Positions 1 to 12,880 of a DNA stretch of 64,000 bases are shown here, one piece after another. The notes beneath the pieces were generated by a model, which was not told the DNA's origin, searched no databases, and saw nothing but the letters and a program-made list of their open reading frames with translations. The stretch comes from Octopus sinensis (taxonomy: Eukaryota), in NCBI RefSeq assembly GCF_006345805.1, contig NW_021833892.1, positions 124,001 to 188,000 of the forward strand. Direction: 5' to 3'. How positions within the stretch are numbered: position 1 is the stretch's first letter; every line of letters starts with the position of its first letter. The position numbers and the translations under genes are program-made.

Positions 1-2630
1 GGAATTTGCTATTTTCCTTGAGAATTGCATGTTTATCACTCTTCTCAGTTGGTTCCGATGAAATCGGTCCAAATTGTTCATATCGGTCTTACTGATTCCC
101 CACGTCGATCCATTGTACATTAGGACTGGGACAACAAATGTGTTGTATATTTTAAGTTTTGTCTTTGAATTTAGCTTCTTTAGGCGCCAGATGTTCATAA
201 ACTTATTGTATGTGGCAATTGATAGTATTTTTCTGTGCATAATGTCTTCAGAGTCCCCTAAGAGAGATCCGACTTTTTTTTGTCTTCTCCAGGGCTCATC
301 ATGAGTTCGTTCAGATCGAATAAATTTCGTATGTTCAGTTTTATTGTGGTTGATTGTTAGAAACCATTTGGAAAAAATATCTGGTAATGTTTCGATAATA
401 AATCGAAGGGTTTCAGCATCATCAGATACGAAGTCGACATCATCAGCATATATTATTTCGTTGTATTTAGTGTTGTCCACAAGAGGCCGAAAGTCTCTGA
501 GTGCTGCCTCTAGGTAGACGATAAAGAGAACTGGGGACAGCGAATCGCCTTGTGGTATGCCCCGTGATGTGTAGAAATAGTTTGACACATTTTTACCAAG
601 TTTGGTTGCTAATTGAGTGTTCTGAAGAAGCATTAGGATTATTCTGATGTCGTCATGATTTAAGAAGGTCATAAGTATTTCCACAAGTTTAGTTCTGTGA
701 ACAGAGTCGAATGCTCTGGACATATCGATGCCGAGTATTTCAGTGCAATGTTTATATTTTTGGCATGTGGCAGCTGTCCATCTGTGAGTCCAGATCACAT
801 CAGCAGTGGACCTGCCAGTTCTAAAGCCACTTTGTCCCGGTGACAGAAAGTTTTCCACCTTGGTTCTTATCCTCTCTAATGCGATCAACGACAGTGTTTT
901 CCGAAGCGTCGTTAGCAAAATAATAGGTCTTAGGCTGGATAGGGGTCCTTTTTGTTTTCCAGGTTTCTGTAGAGGAATTAACCATCCTTTGCCGAGGTCT
1001 AATGGGTTGTTCTGCTCAAATGCCTTGTTCAGGATATTTGCAGCGATTTCAGCAAACTTCATTGGCGCATATTTTACTAGTTCAGGTGGGATATTGTCCG
1101 GTCCCCCAGACCTGCCGGTTTTCAGTTTCTTCATTGCCTCCAATATTTCGTAAGTGGTTAATGGGGAACTTAGTGCCCCTACAGTATATGGGTAGGGTTT
1201 GTATCCTGATTCATCCTCCCAGTTAAGCATTTTGTAGTAGTATTCAGATATAGCCTCTACCTTACTCTTGTTGTCAATGATAGCCGCTTCCGTGGTGTCC
1301 CAGACAGTGATCGAATTTTGCCTCTTTTTTTTGCTTAGCAGCCTCATTGCCATGAACATTTTCGTGTCGTCCTTTTGTTTTGTTATGTGTTGAAATTGCT
1401 CTTCTGTTTCTTTGTACATTAGCAATTTCTGTGTTTTCTTGATATTTAGTAATATCATGTTCCGTAATTTTCGGAGTTCTCTTATTTTTTTCGGGTTGCT
1501 GGAGTTTTGTATTTTTAACCTCAAGGTTTTCTGCCTTTCTGAGAGGGAGCAAATCTCGTTATCGTGAAATTTGTGTTTTTTTCGAGTGAGTCCAACAACA
1601 TTTACAGCTGTCTTCTTCATTGCACTGGTCACTGCATCCCAAATCGCATTTGCAGGTTTTGTTGTGTCAATATTGTCGAGTTCTTCCTGTAGTTTGTCTG
1701 CATAGTTCTGTTTGAGTTTTTCATCACGGAATAATTCAAGATTATAGCTTTCTTGTTCATCATGCGTAAGTTTTTTCAGTTTGTTGTATGTCTTGTACAG
1801 TCCGATGCTAGTGATTACTAGTTTGTGGTCACTATTTGTCTCCAGTCCCCCGTATGAACGTGAATCCACAAGTAGATGTTTATGGGCAGCTTTGCAGAGG
1901 ATGTAGTCTATTTGATTGAATATAGGTATGTAATTTCCATTTGAGTCCTTTCTGGTTCCAGTCCATGTTGTTTTGTGCCTGGCTGGATGACGGAATGCCG
2001 TGTTGCATAAGAATAGGTCTAAGTAGGTGCAGAATTGGATCAAGGCAGTTCCAGGCACATTTCTCCGGTTTCTTCCATGGGATCCTATGCATGTTTCTCC
2101 GGGCCTGGCTTTCCCTGCTCTGGCGTTCCAGTCACCAGCAATGAAACACATATACGAGGATCTGAGTGTGTTGTATAAATTTGTGAGAGTGGAATAGAAT
2201 TCATCAAGTTCATCCGGATTAGCAAGGGCTCTGACTCCAGTTGGCGCGTACACATTAATGATTGTGACGAGGGAGTTCGGTTTCGTTCCCCATTTGATTT
2301 GGAGTACCGCAATCCTGTCCGAGACGGACCACACCCGGGATATGTGTTCGTCCAGTTTTCTGTTGATTGCAAACCCAGGCCGTAGTGACGACAGGTAGTT
2401 GGGAGGGTAATTAGTGTGTAATCGCCTATCTTCGAGCTTCCATGTTCAGTTTTTTCGTCTCTTGTAAGCAGCAGATGGACACCTTGCGTTGTTCCAAATC
2501 TCTTGTGAGTTGAAGTTGTTTATACATGGGATTGAGTCCTCTAACGTTTAGAGTGCCAATTGAGAACGGGCCAGCAGATATCAAGTGTGAGAAAGACATT
2601 GGTGCAATAGAGGCACGTCACCACCTCAAC
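1..2630 (-). mobile_element. Degraded APE-endonuclease/reverse-transcriptase non-LTR retrotransposon (RTE-like LINE); 3' end runs off the window
   Basis: Minus strand from ATG at 2599 reads MSFSHLISAGPFSIGTLNVRGL...CCLQET (APE). RT motifs: DMSRAFDSVH (~700-730), GIPQGDSLSPVLFIVYL (~510-565), IYADDVDF (~430-455). Several stops and frameshifts. Confidence 0.9.
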
Positions 2631-3169
2631 CAAAAAAACTTTAAAATTTGAAGATTAACTAATGAAATGTAAACATGTGGTTACAATAATGATTTACAGA
2701 TGCAATCCAGATGCTAATAAATTTTTTAATTGATTTCACAATTTTCTCATCTTTTTGATATGCAAGTCAAAACTCTCGCTATCAAGATAATTAAACGAGA
2801 ATCAAATTGTTTCAAGTTGGATTGATATTTCTTAAGACTAACAATTTGGTTTAAATTTTCAAAAAATATATCAGGTTGTAAAAATTACTAAAAACCCAAA
2901 AAATTTATTCCGAACGTAGTATTATTTGAAATAAAGAAACAAAATTTTAAAAAATTAGGCCATTTCTTACCATTCAGTTAAAAGTCACGTTTTCAATTTT
3001 TTAAGTGGTTGGAGAGAATTTTTAATACAAATCTCATAGTAGTATGAGTCTTTCTGTTTGTCAATGCAAATTTCATTATTGTAAATCTGGTTAAAAATTT
3101 CTTCAAACTTCCAGGATTCCAGATAGTTAAACTAGTAGCACTACGCAATGTCATCATTCATGACAATGA

Positions 3170-3500
3170 ATGTAGAGCAAAATAGGTTAGATCCCTGAAC
3201 ACCTTTCTCCATTTGTTCTATTCCAAGCCGCGTAACATGTTAAGATCCTCTTCATCCTTGAGTACTTTCCTAATGCTTTTAAGATCCTCGTTAAGGAAAA
3301 CAGACAATTATGTCATTGGTTGGCCTCTGATGTGTGGTGCATCGAAGAATAGCAATTTTCCATTGCCATGTTCATCCCGAGGATTTGACCAAGCAGCCTC
3401 CATATTGTCTATTGAATCTCGTCCAAGATTGAAGTGTTTCTGTTTTCTTGTTACAAAAATAATTTGGTGGTCAGTTAAATTGATTATCAAATTATAAATC
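3170..3500 (-). mobile_element. 3'-terminal remnant of an RTE-like LINE
   Basis: Reads IRGQPMT*LSVFLNEDLKSIRKVLKDEEDLNMLR, similar to the tail RERPSFT..VLAKDLNFVGKSLHNGDDLN of the fragment at 33281-33844. Confidence 0.55.
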
Positions 3501-4280
3501 TTCCATTTGGACAAGCTGCAATAATATTGTGATTATCTGCTTCATTGTCTATTTAATTATGAATTGAATATGATTATCTATTGGTGGTCAACTTTGCTAA
3601 CTAGGTCAAATTAGATAATTATTTATTGAACAGTTATTCATACCATTTAATTTGTTACTAAGCGTAAAAATAATCAAAAATACATTTTGCTACAAGAATA
3701 AAACCATAAAATAGAAGAGATGACATGAAAGCTTAAGAGTTAAAGCCTCACGATTGATTAATTAGACAAGTGGTCTGCTCTAATCGTAAAAATAATTTTC
3801 AGCATATTGATAATTGCTATGCTATAATAAAAGCGATCACGCGGTGTCTCAAGAGCCGAACAAAATAATAACGTCAAAGAAATGTGATAAAATTAGTTTT
3901 CATTAGTAACCACTCGAGTTAATTCAAGAGTAGGTTTGTTTTATAATTTGTAGGTGATATTAATTTTTCACTTTTAATATGTATAATACAAATTCGATTT
4001 AGGACATGGTTATGTGTAAGTTTTCGATATTCTAAAACAAATCAAGTCCTACTTTCTATGAAGGAAATTTGGACACGAAATGCAATTATTTTAAAATTCT
4101 AAATGATAATCAAGTAGGTAACAAAATAAATTTTTTGAAAGTAGATCAAAGAATTCACATATAATATTGAATATTGCCTAAGAATATACTTGAATTAATA
4201 CTAACTATCTCAATGACATAATCGATTTATATTTAATTATATTAGCTAAATTTAATATATTACTAATAATCTCTAGAAAT

Positions 4281-6023
4281 ATGCCACCCAAATGGGTAAA
4301 CATATTCATTTTCTGTCACTGGTATTGCATTGGCGACATTTTTCTTGAAATTGAAGAGGAATCAAAACCTGGAACCATTGTTGGAAAAATGGAAAAATTA
4401 GACTCAGAAAATATCAATTTTGTTAAATTAACCCAAGATATGGATAGTAGCTTTTTCAATGTGGACCGAGAAACCGGGCTCATTTCGACATGTTCTGTTA
4501 TTAAACGAGAAAGTTTATTGCGATGTCGACAACAAATTGATTGCCTGGTCACATTCAAAATTGTTTCTTTCGCAAAAAATATATTAAAAGTCGACAAAAT
4601 TATCATTAATATTCTTGATGTGAATAATAACAGACCAACATTTTATCCAGCCTCAATTTTTATAGAATTGACAGAAAACACTGAATCAATAACAAAAAAA
4701 GAACTTCCAACTCCATATGATTACGACAGTCCAAAGAATGGAATTAAATCTTGCTTTATTGATTCCTCAATAAACTGGGCAACTTTATCTGTAAAAAACG
4801 AGGTCAATACGAACTGGACACTTTCACTGCTTATAGAAAATAAAAAAATGAACAGCTTTCGGGAGAGTATCGAGGTACAGTGTATGGATGGTGGAACTGT
4901 TCCACTTATTGGGACTTTGTATGTTGAAATAGTGAAGAAACCTGCCATAAAATGTTTTAAACCATATTTCGACTACAAAATACTCAAAATTTCAGTTTCT
5001 CTAATTAATTCCAAGTGGATTTTTGTTACAAAATTGAAAATGCTCACATCACAAGAAAACTCATCTTATCAGTCACCAAATAGTCTGTTTTCTATTCGTT
5101 ACAGCTTGAATAAAAATGAAACAAATTTTACAATTGAAGAGACAAGTGGTTCTGTTTATGTTTTACGACAAAGTTTGCTAAATATCGACAATCCATTGAG
5201 ACTTAATGTAAGTGCCTGTTGTCAAGATTTGTGTGATTATTGCACTTTATTTATTGAACCAAAAATATTACCAAAAATGCTTCCTAATAGAAATATATCG
5301 AACTATTTTGGCTCAAAATTTCATTTTCTTGTGACCAACGTAAGAGAAGATGGTCATTTACATGTACCCTACAATTCAATGAAAGGGACCAAAATTGCTT
5401 ATATTGTTGTTGAAAGTGAAATTCAAGGAAATATAAAATGTTCTTCAGAAAATCCGGATTTTTTAATGATCCATCCTTTAATTCAGAACACATTTGCTCT
5501 AATCACTGGAGTTGATTTTAATTCAAATCATCGATCTAATAAGATTCAATGTGTTACAATAAATTGTAATATTGAAAATATAACTAACCAAACTAAACAA
5601 GTGTGCATTGCAATGAGTAATTTTTCGGATAAAAATGGCAAATTGATGCCAGAAAATGGGCAAAAATATTATAAAAAAGTTGAATTTTCGTTAAGCCGAA
5701 TTTATTTATTGGTAACTGCAACTTTGCTTTCGATGATGTTCACTATATTTGCTATTTACATGATTTTAAGATGGAAAAGATCTCATTCTGCGCAAACTAG
5801 AAAATCTTTAAATACAATTAATGGAACAAAGAAAGTTTATGTAAATATTACAATTCTCTAGATTTCTATAAAAGTACTTAATCGACAGAAAAAAAACAAA
5901 AACAATATTTTTTCGAATGATTTATTAAATGGGGTCAACTCTGTAAATTATTTTCAAGAAATCTGCACACAATCCGGATTTCACATGGCTTCAGATCAGT
6001 CCAGAGGAATCAATTCCCGATAA
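4281..6023 (+). CDS. Protocadherin-like type I membrane protein, ~573 aa (exons 4281-5840 and 5862-6023)
   Basis: N-terminal hydrophobic segment; cadherin motifs IEEESKPGTIVG, KRESLLRC..C, ILDVNNNRPTF, PYDYDSPKNG, DGG; TM segment IYLLVTATLLSMMFTIFAIYMIL then RWKR. The ORF-track stop lies in a 21-nt GT-AG segment (5841-5861); removing it adds 53 open codons ending at TAA 6021-6023. Confidence 0.8.
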
Positions 6024-6439
6024 TTTTAATATATTAATATTATTAAATCAGCTAATGAATTTTTATTTTTTTACATTTTGTAAATTTATTGTGTTTGTAA
6101 TAAGTTCATTTTACTAAATAATTATTCCCTCAAGAAGTTATTGAAATTTTATTAATAAAAGGACTAGAGAAAAATGATCATTGGCAGATAGCCAGAGTAT
6201 TGCCTCTGACTATTGCTATGGTCCAAAGTAATCCTAACATTGACATTGAAAATAATGATACTCCACGTGAAACTTTATCACTTCATCTGACTATAAACAA
6301 TCAAATACTTAGTGAAATACAGAAATACAGCATAATATGCTCAATTCCAACTGCTCTAAAGTCAAGAATTTCACGCAAAATAAATGCCTCATTTATACTC
6401 GAGTTCAGATATCATGCGGAGGTTCAGATATCATGCGGA

Positions 6440-6896
6440 GTTAATGATCTTACTTCTGTGCAAAAACGTGCTATATGCCAGTAAGATTGGCATTTTTAAC
6501 CAATCTCTGGCTTACAGAACCATTTGCAGTCAACTTCCAAATGGAGCTTGATAAACTGAAATTTTTTGACTTGGATTGCCATCAAACACGACAGGTTGAG
6601 TTACGTCCGTCGGAAATCTTCTTAAATAATATCCCATACTGAGCAAGTAATGGAGAAGTATCTCTCGACGATACTCTCACCGGGATTTAAAGTGGAACGT
6701 TTCATGAAGGCTGGAAAAAACTTACCGATAGGAAAGCAGACTCCTCGAGAAGTGAGGCAATCTCACTAATCCGACTGGGACTAAACATTGACTTCAGAAA
6801 AATTGACTGCAAATGGTTCTGTAAGCCAGAGATTGGTTAAAAATGCCAATCTTACTGGCATATAGCACGTTTTTGCACAGAAGTAAGATCATTAAC
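6440..6896. repeat. Perfect 94-bp inverted repeat (6440-6533 / 6803-6896, 269-bp spacer) with an adjacent 19-bp tandem duplication (6403-6421, 6422-6440)
   Basis: The left arm gttaatgatc...gcagtcaa is the exact reverse complement of ttgactgc...gatcattaac; the unit gttcagatatcatgcggag occurs twice at the left junction. Confidence 0.95.
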
Positions 6897-9330
6897 TTTT
6901 GGCGGTCCTCATGATGGGAAAGAATGCTTAAATCCGAGAGGAAACACAAAATTCTTATCAATTGTGGATCCTTAGAACACTGGGCTACCTACATACGGAG
7001 GCTTCCCCCAGAAGAACAACAAAACTACAGAGGCCAATCCGCTTTCTGATTCTAGATTGTACACGGTCTCTAAGAAAAACTAAAGTATGACCTCAGCCTG
7101 GAAGAAACCCCAAACTTTAACTCCAGTTTGGAGGAATCGTCTGCCAACAGAAGTCCTTAAAAGAAGTGTATCTATTGGAACCCAAACGAGTGAACTTATG
7201 GACGCAAAATATAATGACAACTATACTCAGACTGAGACTATAGATGTGGAAGAAATCTCAAAATTAATTTCGGGAAAAAACGAACGAGGGGCAGGCGACC
7301 TAAAATGAAAGTCCCCCTTAAAATGGAACCAACATTGGATAGACAAGTCACTTAAATTAATTGAGGGGGAAAGCGTTAAATTGGGATCGAAGGATGTGAT
7401 CTCTAACGAAAAAAAGCGATATTTACGGGAGATGGTGGCGCTTCTCGTGGCTTTCCATCGGCCGAATATCTTAGTAGTAAACGAGTCAAAATTAAAACAT
7501 GGAATGATATTTCCCCTGGATGGCTATACTTCATATAGTGTGTGGAAAGATGGTGCGGTTGCTGGCACGGGTACGATCATCTACTATATGAATGGGTTGA
7601 AGATCAAAAATTTGAGAATAGAAAACGAAACCACCTGTGAATTTGTGTCTCTTGAGTTATTATGTGGACAAGAGTGGATTCTGATCGGGGGAATGTACTC
7701 TAAGAAACTAGCTGAAAACAAAAACCGATTGCCGATTTCTTCAAACGCAACCAATTTGCACTAATTGCTGGAGATCTAAACTCTAAATGCTTATCTTTTG
7801 GCTATCGAAAAGAAAATCAAGATGGAAAAATCTTGCAGACTGTATCCGATCAAGCTGGTTTTGACGTTTATACATCGAAAGAACCAAATCATTTTTCATG
7901 CCATGGAGATGATTTTTTAGGCCTGTTTCTAATTTCACCCTAATTGAAGGTCTTATGTAAACCCCCGAGGAAAATCTAAGACATTGGCAATGATCATGCC
8001 TCCAGATGATGACTATAATGTTGTACCCGACATTAATGGAGGATATCTTTTTGCACTATAGAACCGCATAAACGGACTGGGCCTTCTATAAACTATTCAT
8101 TTCTTCTAATCTTGGAAACTCCTGTTTGACAGTTGGTTCAGATCCATCTGCCTCCTTACCAAAGCCTCCTCGAGTAAAATACACAAGCAGATTGGAACGT
8201 TACTCAACTAGTGAGTCTGAAACCCGAGAAGCAATAAGGGCAGCTAAAAATGCGGCAAGATTCTAATGGCCTGTTTTAAGCATGTACCAGATTGTCTAGT
8301 GTCTCTGCTTAAAACCTCTTCAATTCCAGCCTCCAGAGAGGATATGTTCCTAAGTCATGGAAAAAAACCGAAGTTCGAATGGTTCGAAAACCTAAAGAAG
8401 GACCCTCGAGCAATAGGCCTATAGTTTGCTCTACATTAGAGATAATGGAGAAAATCATTTATATAAGGCTAGTGTTGCATATAGAGAAGAATCACCGGCT
8501 CTCTCACGATCAGTGGGGTTTTCGCCTGGGCCGGTTCTGTGTTGACTGCATATATCGACTGAATTCGATAATATCTAAGGCACGGGTTCTGTCTTATTGA
8601 CCAGTATTATCTGCTTGGATGTGTCGAAGTTACTCAGTCTTGCAGGAAAATCTTGAAAATTGTGACATCGATGCAGAAACCCTTGGATGGTTAGCGAATT
8701 TTTTGAATGGGAGGATCTCTTTTGTCTAATATTTTGATCAAGATTCATAAGCCATTCTCCAAAAAAGAGAAGTACCTCAAAGCTCAGTTCTCAGCCCATT
8801 ATTGTTTAACGTGTACATGGCAGACTTTCCAAAACCTGTGTGCATCTCAACGAATGTGCTTATTTATGCTGATAACGTTATTATTACGGACGAAGCAACC
8901 TTCCGAGAACATCGGAAATAAAACTAAAAATCTATTTAGAGCAAATAAAACAGTGGATGGCAGTGAAGTACTTGACTCTGTCAATTGAAAAGTGCACGCT
9001 CACTGGAGTATCAGCAAGAAGTGCAAAAATTTTACCATACACGATAGACTTTATTCGGAAGACCAAATCGTTTTTATACCTGGGAGTTCAATTTTCTGAA
9101 AATGGAATGTGTGACGAAGACATTATTCTAAGGAAAAAACGGCGTACACAAATGATCTTGTGTTTTATTAAATTTTGCCTACTTTCGATTCAATTTCCCG
9201 GTAGTTTTTTTTCCTGTGCTGATGTATGGGCTGGAAGGATAGATTTTGTCCCCTTTCAAGACAAGAATTATTAAACTATTGGAAAAAACAAGGAGATTAG
9301 CGCTCAAGGTGGCCTTTGGCGTAAATCTAC
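6534..9330 (+). mobile_element. Degraded two-ORF LINE (ORF1 zinc knuckles, APE, RT; Jockey/I-like)
   Basis: KCQSYWHIARFCT..GGPHDGKEC resembles CCHC knuckles (~6840-6930). APE ILVVNESKLK...IGGMYSKK (7381-7764). RT remnants SSNRPI, DQWGFRLGR, PQSSVLSPLLFNVYMADF, FIYAD. Many stops and frameshifts. Confidence 0.85.
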
Positions 9331-9510
9331 GAAAGAAAATATCAGTAAGGCCTCATACTGACCCTTAACTTTCTGTCGGGTATCTCTTTGCAAAAATAAA
9401 CTTATCTTATTCTTTGAGTGATTAATTATTAATTTCATTTAAATATTCCGAAAAATTATAATACTATTTTTTAAATTTACTATAATAAACAATTGATTGG
9501 CGGATTTGTA

Positions 9511-10296
9511 ATGACAATTAAGCCTGAATGTGTTGCAACTTTTAAGGTGTCTAAATCTTTTATTTTAATAAGAAAAAATAGCTGGTTGTAATTGGTGATG
9601 GCGGAACAGGGAAAACAACATTTGTTGGTCGTCATAAAACAGGCAAATACGAAAAAAACTACAACCGTATTGCCATTTTCGATGTAAATTTCCAGCAACA
9701 ATTGGAGTCGAAATAACCCCTATCATATTTTACACAAATCGCGGGAAATTCAGATTCAACATTTGGGACACAGCAGGCCAGGAAAAAGTCGGTCCACTTC
9801 GCCGAGGACACTACTTAAATTGTTTCCCAAAACAATAAAATTTTAGGCAATTGTGCTATACTAATGTTTGATGTCAGTTCAAGAATAAGCTACAAGAGCC
9901 TGGAAAATTGGTACCGTGATTTTATCCACGTGTGTCCCGACATTCCAGTCGTAGTTTGCGGAAACAAGGCAGACCTAAAAGAGCGGAAAGTGAAGCCTAA
10001 AAACATGACTTTTCACCGGAAATACAAATTGACTGTTTTTTATTTGATTTTCAAGTTTTTAGTATTTTGACATTTCGGCGAAAAGTAATTTTCAGATAGA
10101 AAAACCATTTCTTCTTTTTATGCGAATTTTGACCGGAGACGAAGGACTGGAACTGGCGATGGCTGCCCCGGTTTATCCGCCTATCCTTACGGTTGACATT
10201 TTGGCTGTTAAAAAATTCGAAAAAGAAATGGAGGTTGGTTTTTTTATCTTTTTTTAGGCTGCCGAGAATGCTTCTCTTCCAAAAGATGAGGATTAA
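9511..10296 (+). CDS. RAN: Ran-family GTPase, divergent, 214 aa, 6 exons (introns 9547-9581, 9667-9695, 9822-9846, 10035-10062, 10234-10257)
   Basis: Spliced product has [58 protein letters not shown] and ends LPKDED*. All five introns are GT-AG and keep the frame. Confidence 0.92.
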
Positions 10297-10974
10297 ACTT
10301 TAATTATTTCCTTTCTTATTTATTTTCTTTTTCTATGATTTATTTTAATAGGTTAGTTATATGTTTTAATTACAAAGTTTTGTGTGATTTTTCGAATTAA
10401 TTTGTTTTGACACGTGAAGTGGCACTTTTATATTTATAAATTTGTGGTACCTCTTGAAATGACAAATTGAATTTTTAGTGGAAATTAATTAATTCACGTT
10501 TTATCTAACACATTTTAATTTAGTATAATGCGATTAAATTATGTCTATTAGGAAATAGAAGCACGTAATTATTTAGATATTATCGTCTTGTTTTTATGTA
10601 TTCTTTAATTCTTCATATGATAAAAGCATGATTTTGTAATTATATTTTAAGTATATGTTCAGACAAATTTATTTATGTGTAAAAATTCAATATTAAAAGA
10701 ATTAATATTGAAATGTTAATTCATGTTTCTGGTTTTCAAGATCACTTATCATCGATTTCAACCTCTTGCAAACAAATCGAAATAAAAGAACTGGTAGGAA
10801 ATCTCCCCATTGTCCTTCGAGAAATTAAAGTCTGCCTCATTCACCACCTGACTCCTCTTCTCTACAAACGAATGATTCCCTTGTCAATTGCGTCATTTTG
10901 TCAAGCCAAAAACTCATTCAGAATTAATCTCTGTTTACTGCATAGACTGAACCTGACGTGAAGGGATGAGACCT

Positions 10975-11118
10975 TTTTCCGACCCATCGACTTTTATTTC
11001 TGGTGAAAGGGAGGACAAATCTCGTGTCCAGAGTGTGCCTTTTTTCCTGGAAACTTTCGGTTTAACAAATCCCTTAGCATTGATCTCGAGAGAATTGATG
11101 ACTTAATAGGGGAATTAT
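10975..11118. repeat. Dispersed repeat, second copy at ~36298-36440
   Basis: tcgtgtccagagtgtgcctttttt..tcggtttaacaaatcccttagcattgatctcgagagaattgatgac is nearly identical to 36345-36430. Confidence 0.85.
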
Positions 11119-11489
11119 TAGAAAACATCAATCCCAAATGGATATTTTTGTTAATAATCCAATATGTACATATCCAAAAAAATTATTTTGTAACAATTTG
11201 TATAAATATAATCAATTTTTATGTCACTAACCTAATAAGTAAGATTTGTATAAATTGAATAAGATTTTGTTAGAGTTTTTAATAAAATAAGTATAGATTT
11301 ATTAAAAATTGAAAATTAATTAAAAATTTATTTTTTTCAAAATTTTTTAATTTTAAATTAACATTAAAAATTTTTAAAACACAGAGCGCCATTCAATAAA
11401 ATATTTCGTGGTTGCGTAAGTTATTAAATAACATCATTTAATATAAAAACTGTCCAATCACCAATAAAATAATTTACCCTTTAGAATAA

Positions 11490-12880
11490 ATGGAAGATAT
11501 AGTAAACAGTTCAAATCCATCTCAAATTCAAACCACTGCTCGCAATTTCTTGCAAAGTTACTCAATTCCCGTTCCATCCCATTCAGAGTATAACCGTCAC
11601 TACAATCAAAAAAAAGTAAAAACACCAACTATATTTCAGTCTCGGGACTCTAATGAGGACTCACGTTCACTTGGGGAACGAATAAAATCAAAAACTCTGC
11701 AATTTTCTGACGTTGAGTCCGTCTTTGTAAAAGATTTCGGATTTGTCCCATCGTAAAAAACAAAAATTCTAATCTTCCAGAATATTAATTGAAATTGTCG
11801 ATTTCTTAAAAACTCAGTGCCGGCATGTTGGAATATTCCGGATTTCTCCCGGAGTGGGAAAAATGGAAGATCTTTTAGTTGAGAAAATGTCCTTTATAAT
11901 ATAGAACAGAATCGGGAATGAGAATTGGATCGAAGGTAGTGGTCCATATGAAGCCAGTGGAGTATTCCTTAAATTTCTTGGAGCATTTGGGGGACCATTG
12001 ATTAGTTTGATTTGGAATTCTGCTATCCATCGTTGCCAACTTGACGACGAAATGTCCCCTTTGGGTGATTCGAATCTTATCTTTATACTTTTGTTGCTTT
12101 TTCCGATCGAAGTGATTTCATTTCTTAGGTTATTTTTGTTTTTTTGTATATTTTTGGTAGATATTCGATGAGTTGTCTTCACTATGTATCCGAAAAAAGT
12201 GCATATAATAAAATGAATTGCTATAATTTGGCGTCAGTTGTACTTCCTACTGTAATTGAATCAAAAGCGAAGTTAACAAATTCATTTCGAGAGACTCTCA
12301 GGGTAAAGTAGTGGCCAATATTGTTAGTGTGAGGGAAGGGTAGTCGAGAGACTCATAAAGGACTGGAAACTCATTGGAATGGTAGATCTTTCTATGCTAA
12401 TACCCAATAAAATGTCGCGTCGAGGTCATAAGTGTTAATATTTTAGGGATTCTGACTATTATGACAAATTCTTGTTCCCGTTTGGTTAAAAAGGCTGCCA
12501 GTCTGTCCAAGTCTGTTTTGTCTTCAGCAAGAATCACCCAACAAGCGAGGGCTTCTACCATGATGAGTTCCAATATTCATTCAGAAAGAACTATAAAATC
12601 CAACACTTTGTATTTTATTTTCAATTAAATGGACAGCAAGGAATGTCGGAGTCCTCTGAATAAAAACCAGTCTCCTCATAGTGGGAAAAAGTGGAAAATT
12701 ACACCTACTGTCAAAACGGAGAAACCTTCTACGATACCTCAGCCATTACCTAATGTCGAGGAAGAGAAAGTTATTCCTGAAATTGATGAATCGGTGTTGC
12801 AAAATGCTATACAAAATGATGTGGGAGTTGGCTCGAAACTTTTTAATTATTCTTCGAGCTCTTCAAATTCTAACGTTTAA
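11490..12880 (+). CDS. RhoGAP-domain protein (about 7 exons, introns 22-32 nt)
   Basis: Removing GT-AG mini-introns (11753-11780, 11878-11904 and four more) gives one frame with VPSILIEIVDFLK..VGIFRISPG (arginine finger), GVFLKFLGAFGGPLI and LHYVSEKSAYNKMNCYNLASVVLPT. The 3' end is approximate. Confidence 0.85.

Noticed and set aside
11814-12182. Antisense ORFs in the track (also 48683-49105, 34073-34345, 47150-47416, 20751-21218)
   Set aside because: Shadow frames opposite recognised coding sequence, with no motifs of their own.
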